The notes: generated by a model from the sequence alone, not told the origin. Counted from the stretch's first letter, positions 11,663-27,203 are shown. The stretch: DNA of 64,000 nt from Octopus sinensis (GCF_006345805.1 NC_042999.1:155248001-155312000), one strand, 5' to 3'. Numbers and translations: made by a program.

Positions 11663-13665
11663 GTATGTTATTCCTTCATTATTAAACAATACTACAGTAA
11701 ATATCGTAAAACTGCGATAGAATGGCAGAATCGTTAGCGTGACGGTCAAAAAGCTTAATGCTATCACAGTTGTATATCTAAGTTCAAATTCCTCCGAAGT
11801 TGTCTTTGTATTTCAACCTTCCAGAGTCGATAAAATAAACAAGTTCATACTGGGTCTTTCTCCAAATAAGGGCTGTGTACCAATCTTAGAAATAATTATC
11901 ATAAAGTGAGGTACAAAGGACCGAGTCAGTAAGGTACAAGACAACTAATTGAGAAGCTGGTGGTTTGCGTCATCGCACTAATACTTTGTATCCAAATAAC
12001 ATAGGCTACCTAAACCGTAAACAATGTATTACTGATTAAGAACAGTTCACTGACATTAGCAATGCCACCAATATAAAACAACATGTTTCATTAGATCCCT
12101 GTACGGAGTCCAACGTAGGCTACAACATTCTTATAACTTTCCATAAGCCTTGACACCAGAATCTCATCGAATTCATAGAACCCCATGAACTAAGCCTCTA
12201 AATGCAAGTCATGTTTATCTTTTGAATCGCTAAGCCTTCATTCAAGTGTTTCTCAGCAAAGAGTTTTTGAAATATAAGTTGGATTCCTTGAAAAGCTTCT
12301 CCTCCAAAATCTAGTGCAGAGGTCCCTAACGCTGTATTTTTGATACCCCTGTAGCGGTATTTAGATAGTTGAATGATCTCCCTTGCAAGAAATATTATAG
12401 AGTAACCTCCCTTTACTGAGTTTCTCGAAGCATCTGTGTCATGAGACATGATTCTTAATTATTCAAGAAGCTTAGCGTTTCTCTTGGAAGTTTCTAGAAT
12501 GTCTAGCGTTCCATTAATAAAACCAGCTTGCTAACCTTACTCTTCGCTTCTTAGACGATTAGATTTAGAGCCATTGATGTCATTGCTATGTCCGTCTATT
12601 TTTCTGTGCCACATGACTGAAAACCACCACTTAGCTGTTATTTCTACATTTTCTATCTCTGAACTTTCTTGCATAGATTATTTCATTCAACTAGATTCTA
12701 CATTTGATTATGTATCATTATGTATCATAATGTATCGACCAGTAAATAAAATATATATTTTATGTAGTAAATATACAGGTCTTGAATTTATTCTTCATCT
12801 CTACATGAACTCTTGTAATAGTATACACGCAGCCACATCAACACCTGGTACTGACAATATATAACCACTACACTACTTCGTCATATCCTACAGTACCGAA
12901 GTATCCTGTATAAGGAATATAGCGTTAAATGGTTACAGACAATAATAATGTACTATTATTTGTTATTAATTTAATTCAAACTCCGCCGTGGTTAAACTTT
13001 GTCTTTCATCCTTCTAGAGTTGATAGAATACCATCAAATACCATCAAATTGGTATGAATGACCACATGAAAAATCAATTTCATTTAATTTAATGTTACAT
13101 TTTTGATGAGATGCATGAGCTCGGCTTTTTCTAGCAACTAACTCTATTCTAAGCTAAGTTTTAGAGTGCCACACCTATATATCATTCTAAATTGAGAATC
13201 GGTCTGGTATGAAAATTAATTTTGGTTAATAAACATTGGTGAAAACCTTTGTCCATGGCAATAAGTGGATCGGAAAAAACAAAAATCTTTCCACGTGGTT
13301 TCGATGCAAATCCGTTGGGTTTAGTTCGTTGATATTACTTCGAAATTCCAGTGTTTTTACAGATTTCGTATATCCTTGTAATTTTTCATGCGTACCTCTG
13401 AAGAAACGAGTACCCTGGTTTAAAAACTCTATTGATGTAATTTTCTTGAATTTCATTTGCAACTCTTTTTCATTCCGTTATATTTCTACTCGTATGTAAA
13501 AACTTATTTTCCTATACACAGAGACTTACACACACACACACACACACACACACGCACGCCACACACACACACGCACACGCACACACACACACACACATAC
13601 ATACATACATACATACATACAATTGGTACCTCATAGGAGTGTTAGTACTCGTCTCCATTTTGAAT

Positions 13666-13752
<87 letters not shown>

Positions 13753-14341
13753 TTTCGGTACGAATGGTTTTTCTTATACGACGCCGTTTTTACAATCCTG
13801 TAAATAGTAATAATGGTGTTTTTATATAAGCTTAAAGCTTATGGCGATTACCGTGCAATGACTAAGGAAAATAGACTAATAAGGGGACACATTTATTATT
13901 TTACTTACTACACTTGCTTCCACGTAACATAGTTCTCCAGGTGTACAGATGCTTGATAATGCAACTATTTCCTTGCATTATGAGATCTAGTTGTGTTTCC
14001 TCAGGCGATTTGTAAATATTGTCTCTGTAGGTTCAAAAATCCTCGGCTTCAAGAACATCCCCTGTCATGGCCTGAATTTAATAGTAGTCACCGAGCTTAT
14101 CAGGGTGTGTCGTTGTTGAAGGGACGTTAGCAAACTGCTTTGAATGTGTAGATGTAGTGGGACGGTGATTGGTATTGTTTAAGTGGTTACCATTTTAAAG
14201 AGATTTGTAATTTATTTCTATGTATCGATGATTTGTTCTTCATGGTTGGTTACACATGTGATTGTCCTTAGCTGACCTTTAAGATTCAATGCTCGGGGGA
14301 CACACACGCGCACATGGACACACACACACACCACACACCAC

Positions 14342-14386
<45 letters not shown>

Positions 14387-14408
14387 ATATATAATATATA
14401 TATGTATG

Positions 14409-14444
<36 letters not shown>

Positions 14445-14453
14445 ATATGTATG

Positions 14454-14498
<45 letters not shown>

Positions 14499-14508
14499 TT
14501 CACATATC

Positions 14509-14562
<54 letters not shown>

Positions 14563-15425
14563 TAACACACTTCACATATATATACATACATATATACATA
14601 TATATCTCCACCTACGCAACTCGATATTAAATAAGTCATCCGACGTTGAGTACTCTTGCAAACAGATTTTACTCAACATTTATGCATTTACGATTCTGGA
14701 CAGATTTGAAAACCCGTTTCCACACAAATTGAACGTTTTTCTGAAAAATAAAACAACACACCCCCTCCTCTTACCCTCTACTTATAGAGCCATCAGTAGC
14801 CTTATTTTATCATGCATTGTATGTTCTCCCCAACAGCTCAAAAACACTTCCACTTCCTGGCCTTTTGCATACTGCTCTATAAAAACACTCAGTAGGTAAT
14901 TCCCATTAGAAAAACGCAGGACATGTGAGCCGTTTTAGAAATTTAGTTTCCTTGATGAAGGAGATGGTGTCCATAAATGGATGAAAATATCTTTTTTATG
15001 ACTGGACAACCGGCTCCCCAGAAACGGCCGTCGGATTATTAAATGGATTAGTAACTCCCAAATGTTTATCTTATAGACTCTTAACTCTTTTTATGACTTC
15101 GTTTAAAATCTGTAAGTCTATATATATAGACTTTTAGAAGTCCATTTGTTACCTAAATCTTATTTTTATAGAACTATCCCTAATGTTTCAGGGGTGTAAC
15201 ATCACCCCCTTAGATGTTCGGAGTACTCAGGTGTTTTTTCGGCTGATGAGTACGGGTCACTTATATTTACTGCAATATTTGCAGCCTTAATAAAGCTGTC
15301 TTCGTACGAAACAATTGTACCGAAATATTGATCCATTCTTGTTGCTTTTTTCTTATCACCCCGCATTATCTTATGGTTACTATACATAATTCATATATGT
15401 AATTTATATTTCAATCGTCTTTCAG

Positions 15426-15549
15426 ACTACTACAATTGAATTCACTTACATTTACGCCTCTTTCACTCAACTGACAAAACTAATCGCAAACTCAGCCTAC
15501 TGTTCCCAAACATTTACTTATCACTGTTCTGAAGCCCCATTTACTTCAG
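15426..15549 (+). CDS. Exon 7; module 2
   Basis: ctttcag|; TTTIEFTYIYASFTQLTKLIANSAYCSQTFTYHCSEAPFTS; G|gtaagt; phase 0-1. Confidence 0.92.
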
Positions 15550-16188
15550 GTAAGTTTCTTTTCTTTCACCCATTTGAGAATACATATTTATCTATAGGAG
15601 AGTTTGTTTCCGTAGCGTTTAGAGTTGGAAAAATTGATAGGGTGCCGTGTTATTGATTAAAGTGAGTCTATTCTGTAGCCATAACCAAATTCACCATCTT
15701 TATTTGAGGGACCATCTATGTGGTCATCTTATCTACAAGAAATAGCAGCCGAATTTCTGACAACATACACTCCACATTTTTAAATAATGTTGTCTTAGGT
15801 ACAAAAACAATACATTATGGTCACAGACAGACTGCTTCTAGTTAAATATCTGTGTTATCGTTTGAGGTTAAACAACAATGATTCTCACCAACCCAATTGA
15901 CGAATTATAAATAATTTAATAGTTCGTCTATCTTAACCTGCCGTCATGTCTTCAATTACGTTTAACGTCGTTCACTCTCTTGGAATGAATTCCGACCAAG
16001 CTCGTTCCTTCTGAAAACAGCGAGAGAAGTAATCCATTGAGTCACGAGAATTTAAAGAAAAGTCATTCCTGTACTGTCATTCCATAGAAATTATAATTAT
16101 ATCTATCGACGTGTGTCAGTGTGTAAATATATATACATATATACATACATATATACATACATATATATATACATATATATATATATAT

Positions 16189-16222
<34 letters not shown>

Positions 16223-16726
16223 GTGTATTTACACACTGACACACTGTGATATATATATTATATATATATATATATATTATATGAATTTTTTTTGCGTAAT
16301 GAATTAAAAAAACCAAGGCTGTATAGATATTAGGGCATGTATAGATGAAGGTCTTACAGCTGTTTCTAAGATATTAATTAATAGTATCCCTTCATCGGAG
16401 GACGGTGTGAGAGGAAAAATTACCTACCATATATAATATAATATATATTATATATATTATAATATATAGATAATATATATACAGGGTTGGACAGAGAGGA
16501 CGGACGTTTTTGAAAAATTCACCAATTCATTAATTTTAGCTACAACTACATTTTATTGACATCAATGTGTTTGTATTGAATTAACATTTGTCAAAATTAA
16601 GTGTGGAAAACAACATCCATCATTTTGTAGTTTAATGACAACTATGGTTATGTTTTGTTTGTTTGTTTGTTTTATTATTGAGTGAACATTAATTGAATTT
16701 TAATTGTTTTGATGTAATCAATTTAG

Positions 16727-16853
16727 GAAACAAGATTTATGGCCCAGGCGAAAGCGTGTTGGATGGTCTAAGTTGTGATTGCCATTCGGATGGAAGTTGC
16801 TTAAAAGATGAAAAATGCAACTGCGATGCAAACTCTGTCAACGCAACTAAAAC
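16727..16853 (+). CDS. Exon 8; module 2
   Basis: atttag|; GNKIYGPGESVLDGLSCDCHSDGSCLKDEKCNCDANSVNATK; AC|gtaagt; phase 1-2. Confidence 0.92.
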
Positions 16854-19087
16854 GTAAGTAACATATTTCTTATAAAGTCTTATTTTATCAAACTGTCATT
16901 TACATAATTTTTTTCAGCAGAAGACAGACGACACTACATACTACCGGTTTTTTAAATACGAATTAACTAAAGCAATATAGGTTTTCAGGAAACAATTGAT
17001 CGGCAGATTAAGACTATTTAATGCTTTTCCATCTGAGATTCAACGAGACTAATCATTGGATGAACAAATAGCAAAACTCCGAATTAAACAAATTTTTATA
17101 TTATTTTGTTAAGGTTAATTCTGTAGATATCTATAGAACTTAGAGCCAGCGCCGATTTTTGCTACAACGTTTCGTATGGAGATGTCAGATGTAAACAGAC
17201 AATGTGATCGAAGACAAAAGTGAGATCTACTTTTATCGTTATTATGTTTTGACGTATATCAATAGACTATAAGAAATTTTAAAAGTTAGTAAATTTTCTG
17301 AAATAATTTGCACCTACGGTGGCACGTAATGTCAAAACTGGTCACTGTGAATCTAAAGGGATTAAATACTATAACTAAAATTGAATTAAACATTAAAAAC
17401 AAAATTACGAAAATATTGCCAACAAAGCATGGCTGTCCTGGTTTAGGACGAATGTTGCTTTAATTTAGCCCCAGGTGACACCGTCTCCAGCTGGCTATAC
17501 GACACGATCTGTGTCCTGGGCTAAATTACAGCAACATTCGTCCTAAACCAGCACTGACATGTTGTTGGCAAACAATATTTACTACAAAGTACTATTGCTG
17601 AATATCTCTCGTTGTGAGATTTAAAAATAGTAATTTACGAAAAATATGTTGCGGATTTTTCATTTCACAAAAGATAAGAAAATTAGTTTTCCTGCAAGAA
17701 GCCTTTCATTTGTTAAGAAAAATCAGACAACCTATAGGCGCAGGAGTGGCTGTGTGGTAAGTAGCTTGTTTACCAACCACATGGTTCTGGGTTCAGTCCC
17801 ACTGCGTGGCAATTTGGGAAAGTGTCTTCTACTATAGCCTCGGGCCTACAAAAGCCTTGTGAGTGGATTTGGTAGACGGAAACTGAAAAAAGCCCCGTCG
17901 TATATATGTATATGATATATATATATATATATATTAGATATATATATTATATATATTATAATATATATATATATATATAATATATATATATATATATACC
18001 ACACACACATATATTATATATATATGTATGTATATATGTATGTATATATGTTATATTGTATGTAATGTATTATGTGTGTGTGTGTTTGTGTGTCTGTGTT
18101 TTGTCCCCCTAGCATTTGCTTGACAACCAATGCTGATGTGTTATGTCCCTGTCACTAGCCAGGCGGTTCGGCAAAACAGACCGATGAAATAAGTACTGGG
18201 CTTACAAAGAATAATGCCGGGGTCGAGTTGCTCGATTAAAGGCGTTGCTTCTCCAGCATGACCGCAGTCAAATGACTGAAACAAATAAAAGAGTAAAAGA
18301 GTATAACCTAGAGGAGATAGTCCACAAGGGCTGAACACGGAAAAATATTTTGTTGGGCCCAGTACCTTTTTAACACACACACACTTACATGTGCACGGCA
18401 CTGACAAACATACAAACGTAATTACTGTAAGATCTGCCTGTTTGAAGGTAATCTGGTATTCTACTGAAAATCCATAGGAGATAGAACATATACATCATCC
18501 TTAATCTGTAACACACGCCATAAATTGATACATAAGCTCTTCGTTCTTTTATAGACTTTTTCTAAATATATTTTTATCTATTTTTTATCCATTTCTTGTC
18601 TGTTCTAAGTGTGACTTCTTCATATTAGATAGGCTCGAAACGTAAAAGACTTTTTTATTTTCCCAAGCGTATTGTCAAACTAATACACTTGCTTGTTATT
18701 CATACACCCGTCTTCGTTTTTCGGTTTTCTATAAATTTCAAATATATATGTGTGTGCGTGTGTATGTGTGTGTGTGTATGTCTATCCGTCACTTCAGCCA
18801 GGTAAACACACACGTACTTTTCTTGACTTTTTTTCCTTCTTCGGACTTTCCTTTCTCTTTCTGACGAAGTGATATGCTCAAAGCGTAAAAAACCCACTCT
18901 TTTTTCTATCTTTACTGAATGTCAAACTAATGCGTTCCATACGTTCGTCCTTTTGTTGTTTTTTCTATTTGTTATTTTTGATGTTCCATTGACTATATGT
19001 GTATGTGTGTATGTGTGTCTATATATAAATAGTATGTATTGTATAGTATATAGATATATAATATATCTATATATATATATAATATAT

Positions 19088-19955
19088 ATATACGAAAGAA
19101 GTTGAAAATGCAATTTAAAAGATGTTTTATTTACTTAACCGTTTCACTCTTTGGAAAAAGATTTCAAAAGTAACATTAGAATATTATGATTCAAAAAAGT
19201 TTTTACATAATGCCACATTACATATATAAATATAGTCTTGGTAACAGGGATATGTTAAGGGCATAAAGAAGTTCAACAGTGTGAGGAGAATATTTGGAAA
19301 AATTGGCAAAAAGAAAAATAAAACAAAATATTATTGAAATTTGGTTGCGTTAATTATTGGTTTTGTGCAAATTGTCATGTCATTGATGCTTGAAGGAAAG
19401 CCATAAACAGAACAAAACGGGTACATTTTTCTCAATTCAACATTTCTGCTAAAACGGACAGGTCAGTAAACAAACTCGCCTTCAATTCATAATATTCTGT
19501 ACGGACCCTGAGATGTATAATATATCATTTAATTTTTTCTGCCAATTTTCAAATATTCTCACCATACTGTTGTACTTCCTTATGTCTTTAACATGTCCTT
19601 TTTACCAAAGACTGTTATATATACATGACAATTTGCAACAACCAATAATTAACGCACAACAATTCCAATAATATAGTTGTTTTATTCTTCTCCCATTTTC
19701 CAAATTTCTCCTCACACTGTTGAACTTCTTTATGCCCTTAACATATCCCTGTTACTAAAGACTATATTTATACATGTAATGTGGTAATTATGTAAAAAAA
19801 ACCTTTTTGAATTCATAATATTCAATGTGGCAATTATGTAAAAACTTTTTGAATTCATAATATTCTATGACTTTTGACAATCTTTTTTCAAAGAGTGAAA
19901 ACCGGGTAAGTAAATAAACATATTTTAAATTGCATTTTCAAACCTTCTTTCGTAT
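19088..19955. repeat. Long imperfect inverted repeat (~350-bp arms)
   Basis: ATACGAAAGAAGTTGAAAATGCAATTTAAAA at left mirrors TTTTAAATTGCATTTTCAAACCTTCTTTCGTAT at right; internal blocks also mirror. Confidence 0.8.
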
Positions 19956-20108
19956 ATAATTCCACTCGTGCGATACCCCACAACTCAACTTTGTATATAT
20001 ATATATATATAAGTAATAATAAATATTAGGGAATAAATCCAAATTTACAGGGAAAAAATCAGATTTAGGATTAAATCCAATTTTATAGTAAAATATTATA
20101 TAATATTA

Positions 20109-20421
20109 ATTCGAGACAAAACCACTACTTTGCAAAACAAAACAAGGAAAGACTTAATCAATACATAAAAAATTTTAATATAAAGAAATAAACCGCCACT
20201 ACAATCGTTTCATGTCTTCAATGACATTCGTCAGGTGGATTTTCGATCTCCTAATCTGTTTTATTTATGTAAAACAGATTAGGAGATCGAAAATCCACCT
20301 GACGAATGTCATTGAAGACATGAAACGATTGTAGTGGCGGTTTTTCTTTATATTAAAAATTTTTATGTATTGATTAAGTCTTTCCTTTTTTGTTTTGAAA
20401 GTAGTGGTTTTGTCCTCGAAT

Positions 20422-20424
<3 letters not shown>
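20109..20424. repeat. Near-perfect foldback (~150-bp arms) with a hammerhead on each arm; related termini at 27300-27775 and 38005-38495
   Basis: Arms are reverse complements around ~20265. Confidence 0.88.
20295..20337 (+). ncRNA. Type I hammerhead ribozyme motif with intact core; mirror copy 20196-20238(-)
   Basis: CCAC-CTGACGA-ATGTC(ATTGAA)GACAT-GAAAC-GATT-GTA-GTGG. Confidence 0.8.
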
Positions 20425-20467
<43 letters not shown>

Positions 20468-20663
20468 CCATGATAGATCGCTAGCCACTAAACCTTTTTC
20501 TATTTTCCTCTCGCTGTTTATTTCTGTTACCTTTCTGTCGAGAGCATAGGTTCGAAACGTAAAAGGCTTTCTCACTTCCGAGCGTTAAACTAATACATCT
20601 TTTTGTTGTTTACACACCCGTCTTCGTCTTTTGTTTCGTTTTGTTTTTTGTTTGTAAATTCTC

Positions 20664-20734
<71 letters not shown>

Positions 20735-20808
20735 CAGTAACAATCTTGCTCATTGGTTTTAAGAACACCGCCGAATGTTAGATAACAGATCAATTTCTAT
20801 TTCAATAG

Positions 20809-20924
20809 ATCAGATAGTGTAACAATTTCAACTAAAGCATACATTCCTATTACCAAGATAGAAATGAGTAACCTAACCACGGGGAAGTATGCCCGGTTTG
20901 ATGTAGAACCTCTTATCTGTCTGA
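20809..20924 (+). CDS. Exon 9; end of module 2
   Basis: ttcaatag|; TSDSVTISTKAYIPITKIEMSNLTTGKYARFDVEPLICL; A|gtaagt; phase 2-1. Confidence 0.88.
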
Positions 20925-21829
20925 GTAAGTACATTCTTGAGGTATTTCTGTTCCTTTTTTGTTTTTTCTTTTTAGGGTCAGAGTTTGCGTAAACTAACTT
21001 GCATAGATACCATTATTACTGGTGGTGTTCTTACTATTTATTATTGTTGTTGTTGTAGTTGTTGTTATTTAAAAAAAATTATCATCATCATCATCATGTG
21101 TGCGCGACAAGGTGATCTTATTTCAAGATAAACAGCGCATGACTTTGCAGGTGGGGCCCAGTCAAAGTATTCTTCGGGTCGAGTAGTCCATCCCGCTCAA
21201 AAGGTCCCTGAATAAGGGTTGTTCAAGTATGTTGAACGAAACACCGATGTTTCCAAAGGTGAATATGTATCCAGAGGTAAATTATCCCAACCCCAAAGAA
21301 TTCCTCTCAACATATGGCTATGATACTCCCCCACTACTTCTGCTCTTGATTGGAGATGCACATATCGTCAGCCACTAAGGGACATGCTCAACTGGTTATG
21401 GTCAAACAACCAGACAAGCAAATCTGTATTATTGAGCAAAATATTTGCTGTAGCCCATCTTTTATACCAAGACAAACCAATGTACATGATGACACTCCGA
21501 ATCAGTTAAGATCAGAAGCCATGAGAGCCACTACCTGGTAATGCATATTCATTATTATTATTATTATCTATTTATGAAAGACTCTCGGATAGTTCTTATT
21601 TACCGGTTATTCTTCACTTGAAATCAAGCAACTACAAATCACCAAAGCTTTCAAGTAGTGCCTTCTCCTGTGACTCAAAGAGACAATACTCTCCTTAGAA
21701 TACAAGCTGTACCCAATGACTGAAACAAGTAAAATAATAAAAGATTACACTGGAAAGAGAAAGCCCTTCACGGAGAGTCTTTCAAGCAAATATTGGACGC
21801 TTATTATTATTATTATTATCATCATCATC

Positions 21830-21868
<39 letters not shown>

Positions 21869-21884
21869 TATTATTATTATTATT

Positions 21885-23040
21885 GCCTTTGCACAGCTTT
21901 TAACGCTGGAGATGTATTACAGTGTCAGCTGTTCACCAATGAACTAAATGAACACCAATGAACTAAAGTAACACCTCTTCTTTTTCTAACACCTTCTGGA
22001 GTATTCGAGCGGTTCCAAGCAGTGCTGTTTTCTGCAAGTGCTCCACCATTATTGCAGCCCCTATTTGTTACTCGTACTTCTCGAGATTTTTGCTCACTGT
22101 TCCCAGGGCTCCGACAATTATTGGTACTACTGCTACCTGTTTCATCGACCACAACTGCTTAACTTCCCAAGCTAACCTGTCATATCTCTCCAATTTTCTT
22201 TTTTCCTTATCGCATACCTTGTTGTCAGCTGGGCATGCTATATCTATGATCCAGCGTAGTTTGTTTTCTTTCTCAGTTAAAACTATGTCTGGCTTCCTAT
22301 TCTCTATCTCATGGTTGCACTGAATCATAACATCCCATAGGATCTTTGCATTTCTATTTTCGATTATGCCTTCAGGTTTGTGGTCGTACCAATTTTTTGC
22401 TCTGTCAAGTCCATACTTGTTGCAGAGTGTCCAATGGACAAGCCTGGTTATATTGTCGTGGCGTCTCTTATATTCCTCCTGGGCTATTGGCGTACATTGG
22501 CTGGTAATATGCCATACGGTTCACCGTTTTGTCCACAGATTCTGCACTGATCACTTTTTGCTGTGTTGTCAAATCTGTATTTTATGTAGTTTGTTCTTAG
22601 TGCTTGTTCTTGGGCCACACAGATTAGAGCCTCCGTTCCCAGTTTTAAATCACTTTTAGTCATCCACAACCATCTATTTTCTCTGTCTGTCTTATCTTCA
22701 AAATACCTATAAAATTGACCATGCATTCGTTTCTTTACCCACCTATTTTCAATTTCATTCGTTTTCAATTTCTTGTATAGTACTTTATCTTTTGAATCTT
22801 TCATTCTACACAAGCCTGACCTTCCTACTTCTAATAAAAGCGGTGCTGTGGTATTTTTTACATACCATGCTATGTTGTTTTCTTCTACTTTAATGCTGTG
22901 TTCGCATCCAATAAGTGTTCTTCCCCCTCTTTTTCTTGGTACATACAGTCTGTCCGTGTCACTTTTGGGTGGAGTGACCCATATCTAGTTAGAAAATTCC
23001 TTGTCTTTCTGCCTAAACTGTTTAGTTCGTCTACTGCAAC
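21885..23040 (-). mobile_element. R4/Dong-like RLE non-LTR retrotransposon, 3' part (CCHC knuckle plus RLE), decayed
   Basis: MHGQFYR..EALICVAQEQALRTNY..CRICG; ENRKPDIV..IIDIACP..VVPIIVGALG; abuts (ATT/CAT)n. Confidence 0.85.
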
Positions 23041-23044
23041 GTAT

Positions 23045-23510
23045 CAGGTACTGAGGAAGACTGAAAGAATTAAAACTTTCTCCCTGGAGCGAAGGAGGGA
23101 GAGATATACAGTGATATACATCTGGAAAATCCTAGAAGGCCTTGTACCAAACTTTGGCATTGAAAGTTACTCAAACTGCAGAACGGGGCGCCGCTGCATA
23201 GTGCCAAAGATCCCAGAATTGCCATCAAAATACAGGACCAGATATTGCAACAGCTTGTGCTTCAAGGGCCCACAGCTCTTTATTATCCTTCCAAAATGCC
23301 TGAGAGACCTGCATGGTGTAGATGTGTCTTTAAGACGAAACTGGATCTCTTCCAGTTCCAGATGAGCCTATCTCACGGCAATAAACACAGATGAGGGCAA
23401 CAGCATCAAACTCCCTCATTGACCAAATGCTACATATCAGAGGAGGTTTCAAATAATGGTGTAGCTCAGTCAACGGTGGTGCCCCAGCTTGACCGCAGCT
23501 TTGAAGCTGA
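23045..23510 (+). mobile_element. 3' end of a CR1/L2-group LINE
   Basis: FSLERRRERYTVIYIWKILEGLVPN..GPQLF..LPKCLRDL. Confidence 0.75.
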
Positions 23511-23740
23511 AACATTTTAAAATAGTTTAATAGTTATCTATAATTTTCTGTCTAAAAATGAAATATGCTATTTGGTTTGCTTGCTTTATGTATCATTGGC
23601 AGATGTATTATAGAATATGAGTAGCGCGAGATGCTAGTGTCGCATGACTAAAGCCAATAAAATAGAGCTTAAGATACGCATGAACTATTTCATTAAATAA
23701 TCTTCATTCTTTTTGTTTGTTTATTTACAATATTTTACAG

Positions 23741-23899
23741 ATATTTTGAAAAGCTGCTATGATATTATGGTCCACTTTCGCATTTATGGCAATAACCCGT
23801 TGATGAGACAATATTACACGATCGATCCGGATGGCTACAGCAATCACCCACCATTTATGGTTTTCTGCAACTTTGTTGTGACGGAAGTACCGAACTCTG
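23741..23899 (+). CDS. Exon 10; start of module 3
   Basis: ttttacag|; NILKSCYDIMVHFRIYGNNPLMRQYYTIDPDGYSNHPPFMVFCNFVVTEVPNS; G|gtatgt; phase 1-1. Confidence 0.94.
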
Positions 23900-23904
23900 G
23901 TATG

Positions 23905-23956
<52 letters not shown>

Positions 23957-24316
23957 TGTGTGTGTATGTGGTGTGTGTGTGTGTGTATGTGTGTATACAC
24001 ATATATCAATTTAGATACATACCTACTATAAGGCGAGCACTAGTGTGTACGTACGCCGCTATATGTATATATAAATATTAAAAATATGGAACAACAGCGC
24101 AATAGAGAACAATGAAACATTCAGACCCCATAGATGATACAAAGGCGGACAGGAGAAACAACAATTAGAAGGACAGGCAAAAAAAAGACGGGTCATTCGT
24201 GACCTTCTTTCCTCAGTCAAATTGCCAGAAGTCCTTACTGTTTCGGGCACAGTTACACTTGAGACAGTTCGATCTTGTTGCCCCTCAAAAAGTCTAACAT
24301 ATATATATACATATAT

Positions 24317-24384
<68 letters not shown>

Positions 24385-24669
24385 TATATATATACATTCA
24401 ATATATGTATACATGCAAATATTTATCAGCCACTCAATTAATATACACCTGATTTAAGTTCGAACTACTATAAGTTTCATGCTTCTGACAATACGGTGAT
24501 CGGACAGTCTTGCATAGCATGCTGTGTATTCACTTGATGAGATACATTTTTATTGATCTCACCAATAACAAAGTACTACATTATATAAACACTTACACAT
24601 AACCATTTATACATAAACACTTATATATATATATGAGTAAAAAGCATATATATGCATGTATACTTTCAG

Positions 24670-24749
24670 TGACAGAGACAGACGGAGGAAACGGTACGAC
24701 ATGTTTCAATGCCAAATATTCGCATGATGTAACTCCTGAACAAATTACG
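24670..24749 (+). CDS. Exon 11; module 3
   Basis: tactttcag|; VTETDGGNGTTCFNAKYSHDVTPEQIT; |gtaaga; phase 1-0. Confidence 0.85.
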
Positions 24750-24843
24750 GTAAGAGAGGATTTTATTTATCTTCTTTTATTTTCTGTAAATAAATCATTT
24801 TTGTAACATCGTCAACAGTGAAGTATAAAGTTTTGCATTTATA

Positions 24844-24969
<126 letters not shown>

Positions 24970-25693
24970 ATGGGACAAGAACGGAAAACATCCAGACAGT
25001 TAGGTGATACAAAAAAGGGACAACAAAACACCCAGATAGACGATACAAAGAAAACAAGGACGGGTCATTCGGAGTTTTCTTTCCTCAGTCGAGTTCCAGA
25101 AAAATCTTTGCAATTTCGGCTGGTTATAGTCGAGATTGCTCCAATTTGGTCAGCCCCAAGAAAAAACTAAGCTAAGAACATTAGATTCCTTGGAAGAAAG
25201 TAGCGAATGTATACGAAAGCAAGGACGGAAAAAACGGAGAAAGTTACACAAATACAAATAACAGGACTTAACAACAGGTGTCTTTCGACTAAGGACGAAT
25301 TAAATTAAGCTTGGGTGTGTAGAAGTAAAGTCTTACGGCAGGAATACAAGATTTCACAGGCACAGGGAAGAATATAGATGTTGCACGGACGGCAGCCGAC
25401 CCAAGAAAGAAAGGTCAGGCTTGGCCGAACACCGGTCACGTGGGGAGAGAAGAGAGAGGTAGAGGTAGAGGGACAGAGAATTAAGGATGCATGTATATAT
25501 ATACATATACTGCTACATACACACACACACACACACACAGATACTTCCTTCTCTTACACTCTTCTGTCTTACACTCTTCTGTCTTCTGTTTTCATCGACC
25601 ATTCTCTTCCGGTAATTCCAAAATATAACTACATGTGGATTGTTGGCGATTTTTTCCTCCGTCTTCCTTTTCTCTTGGACTTTCCTCTGCCTC

Positions 25694-25732
25694 GTGTTTC
25701 TGAAGAAGAGCTTTGCTCGAAATATAAAACAC
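25694..25732 (+). ncRNA. Minimal type I hammerhead motif; degenerate relatives near 18635, 18860, 20531-20565 and 39645
   Basis: GTGTTT-CTGAAGA-a-GAGC(TTT)GCTC-GAAAT-ATA-AAACAC. Confidence 0.65.
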
Positions 25733-25824
25733 CCTTTCTTTCCCTCCCTAAGCGTCTTTTAATACTTTGCATTTTGGGGATTAACTATATACACACACAC
25801 ACACACACCACACACACACACACA

Positions 25825-25863
<39 letters not shown>

Positions 25864-25879
25864 TATATACATATATATA

Positions 25880-25929
<50 letters not shown>

Positions 25930-27140
25930 CTTTCTATGGTGTTTTACCCTACTGATCATATTATTATTTTTATAATTGCCTTTATGCAAGTAGACCTAAT
26001 TTTGTACCCCAAGAAATTTATATTAGCTGGTATATAATAGCACCAGTAACTTCACAACTTATAATATACCTCTTAGCTTATAATTAATATATAGTTAGCA
26101 TGTTCTATCGCCCCAATATTCCTTTAATAAATACCGGGATCAGTCTTTATAGATACCATCTAATAAGTAAATAATTAAGTATATGAATGAGTATTAAACT
26201 AATTCTATGTAATTTTTTTCTCTCCCTGTGGTTGCAAAATTTGGTATATATTCAAAATTTATCTTTTTGGTTATATTTTTCTTGATAACCCTAAATTTTA
26301 TCTTTATACAACATAACAATGTTATTTAAATCAATCACCTATAGTAACACATGATAAAATTTCCTGGGTATTATCATCATTGGTTTTATTAACGTCTTGC
26401 CCCTTTAACTGGTAATTAACATCTTGATTTAAGGTCTTCCACTACCCGATCTCATTAGAGCCAGTTACTTTGTACTACTTCAAAATAATCTTGACAAGTT
26501 TTATGATTATACCCACTATGTTCTGTCAACTTTCTCCTGCCCTCTCTTTCCTAGCGGACACAATTCCCTAGTCTTAGATTTGATAAACAAGGCTAATAAA
26601 TTAAAACTGAACCAAAATCCGTGACTAGCTATGACCCCAACAAATGTTTTTCCTGGTGTCTTAGAAACTTCTAAGCTGAAGTGCTAGCAACACGAAAGCT
26701 CCTACGGAAAGAGGATCAGAGAAGCTCTAAACCAAATTCCCTTTTTTTACTGTTTTCATTTCTCCTTTTTTCCCCCTCTTAACTCAATATGACTTTGATG
26801 ATATTCATGTCTTTTCGATCACTACTAACATTAATGAGCATTGATCATTCAAACAAATTGATGTACAGTTTTAATATTATTGACTGCTATGAACATTTAA
26901 ACTTGTACCTGTCCTCCTAATTCGTAATTCTAAATTTGTCTGTTATGAACATTTTAATTTGTCAACATTGAAACTTTTAAAAATGTTTTTTTCTAATTCA
27001 TGATTTTAAACTTTTACCATTGATAAACAAAAAATATTGTTGAAAATAGTTTGGTATGTATGTAAATAAATCTATTTTAAACAATTACAAGCTTTCCGAA
27101 TTTAGGTGCATTTTCAACAACAAATTTGCCTCTCTCTCTT

Positions 27141-27203
<63 letters not shown>

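Noticed and set aside
14218-14899. Long ORFs of YI/TH/CV/poly-I/poly-H repeats here and throughout the ORF track (e.g. 25378-26037, 33527-34270, 46726-47391)
   Set aside because: Translations of microsatellites or antisense TE sequence; no splice or domain support
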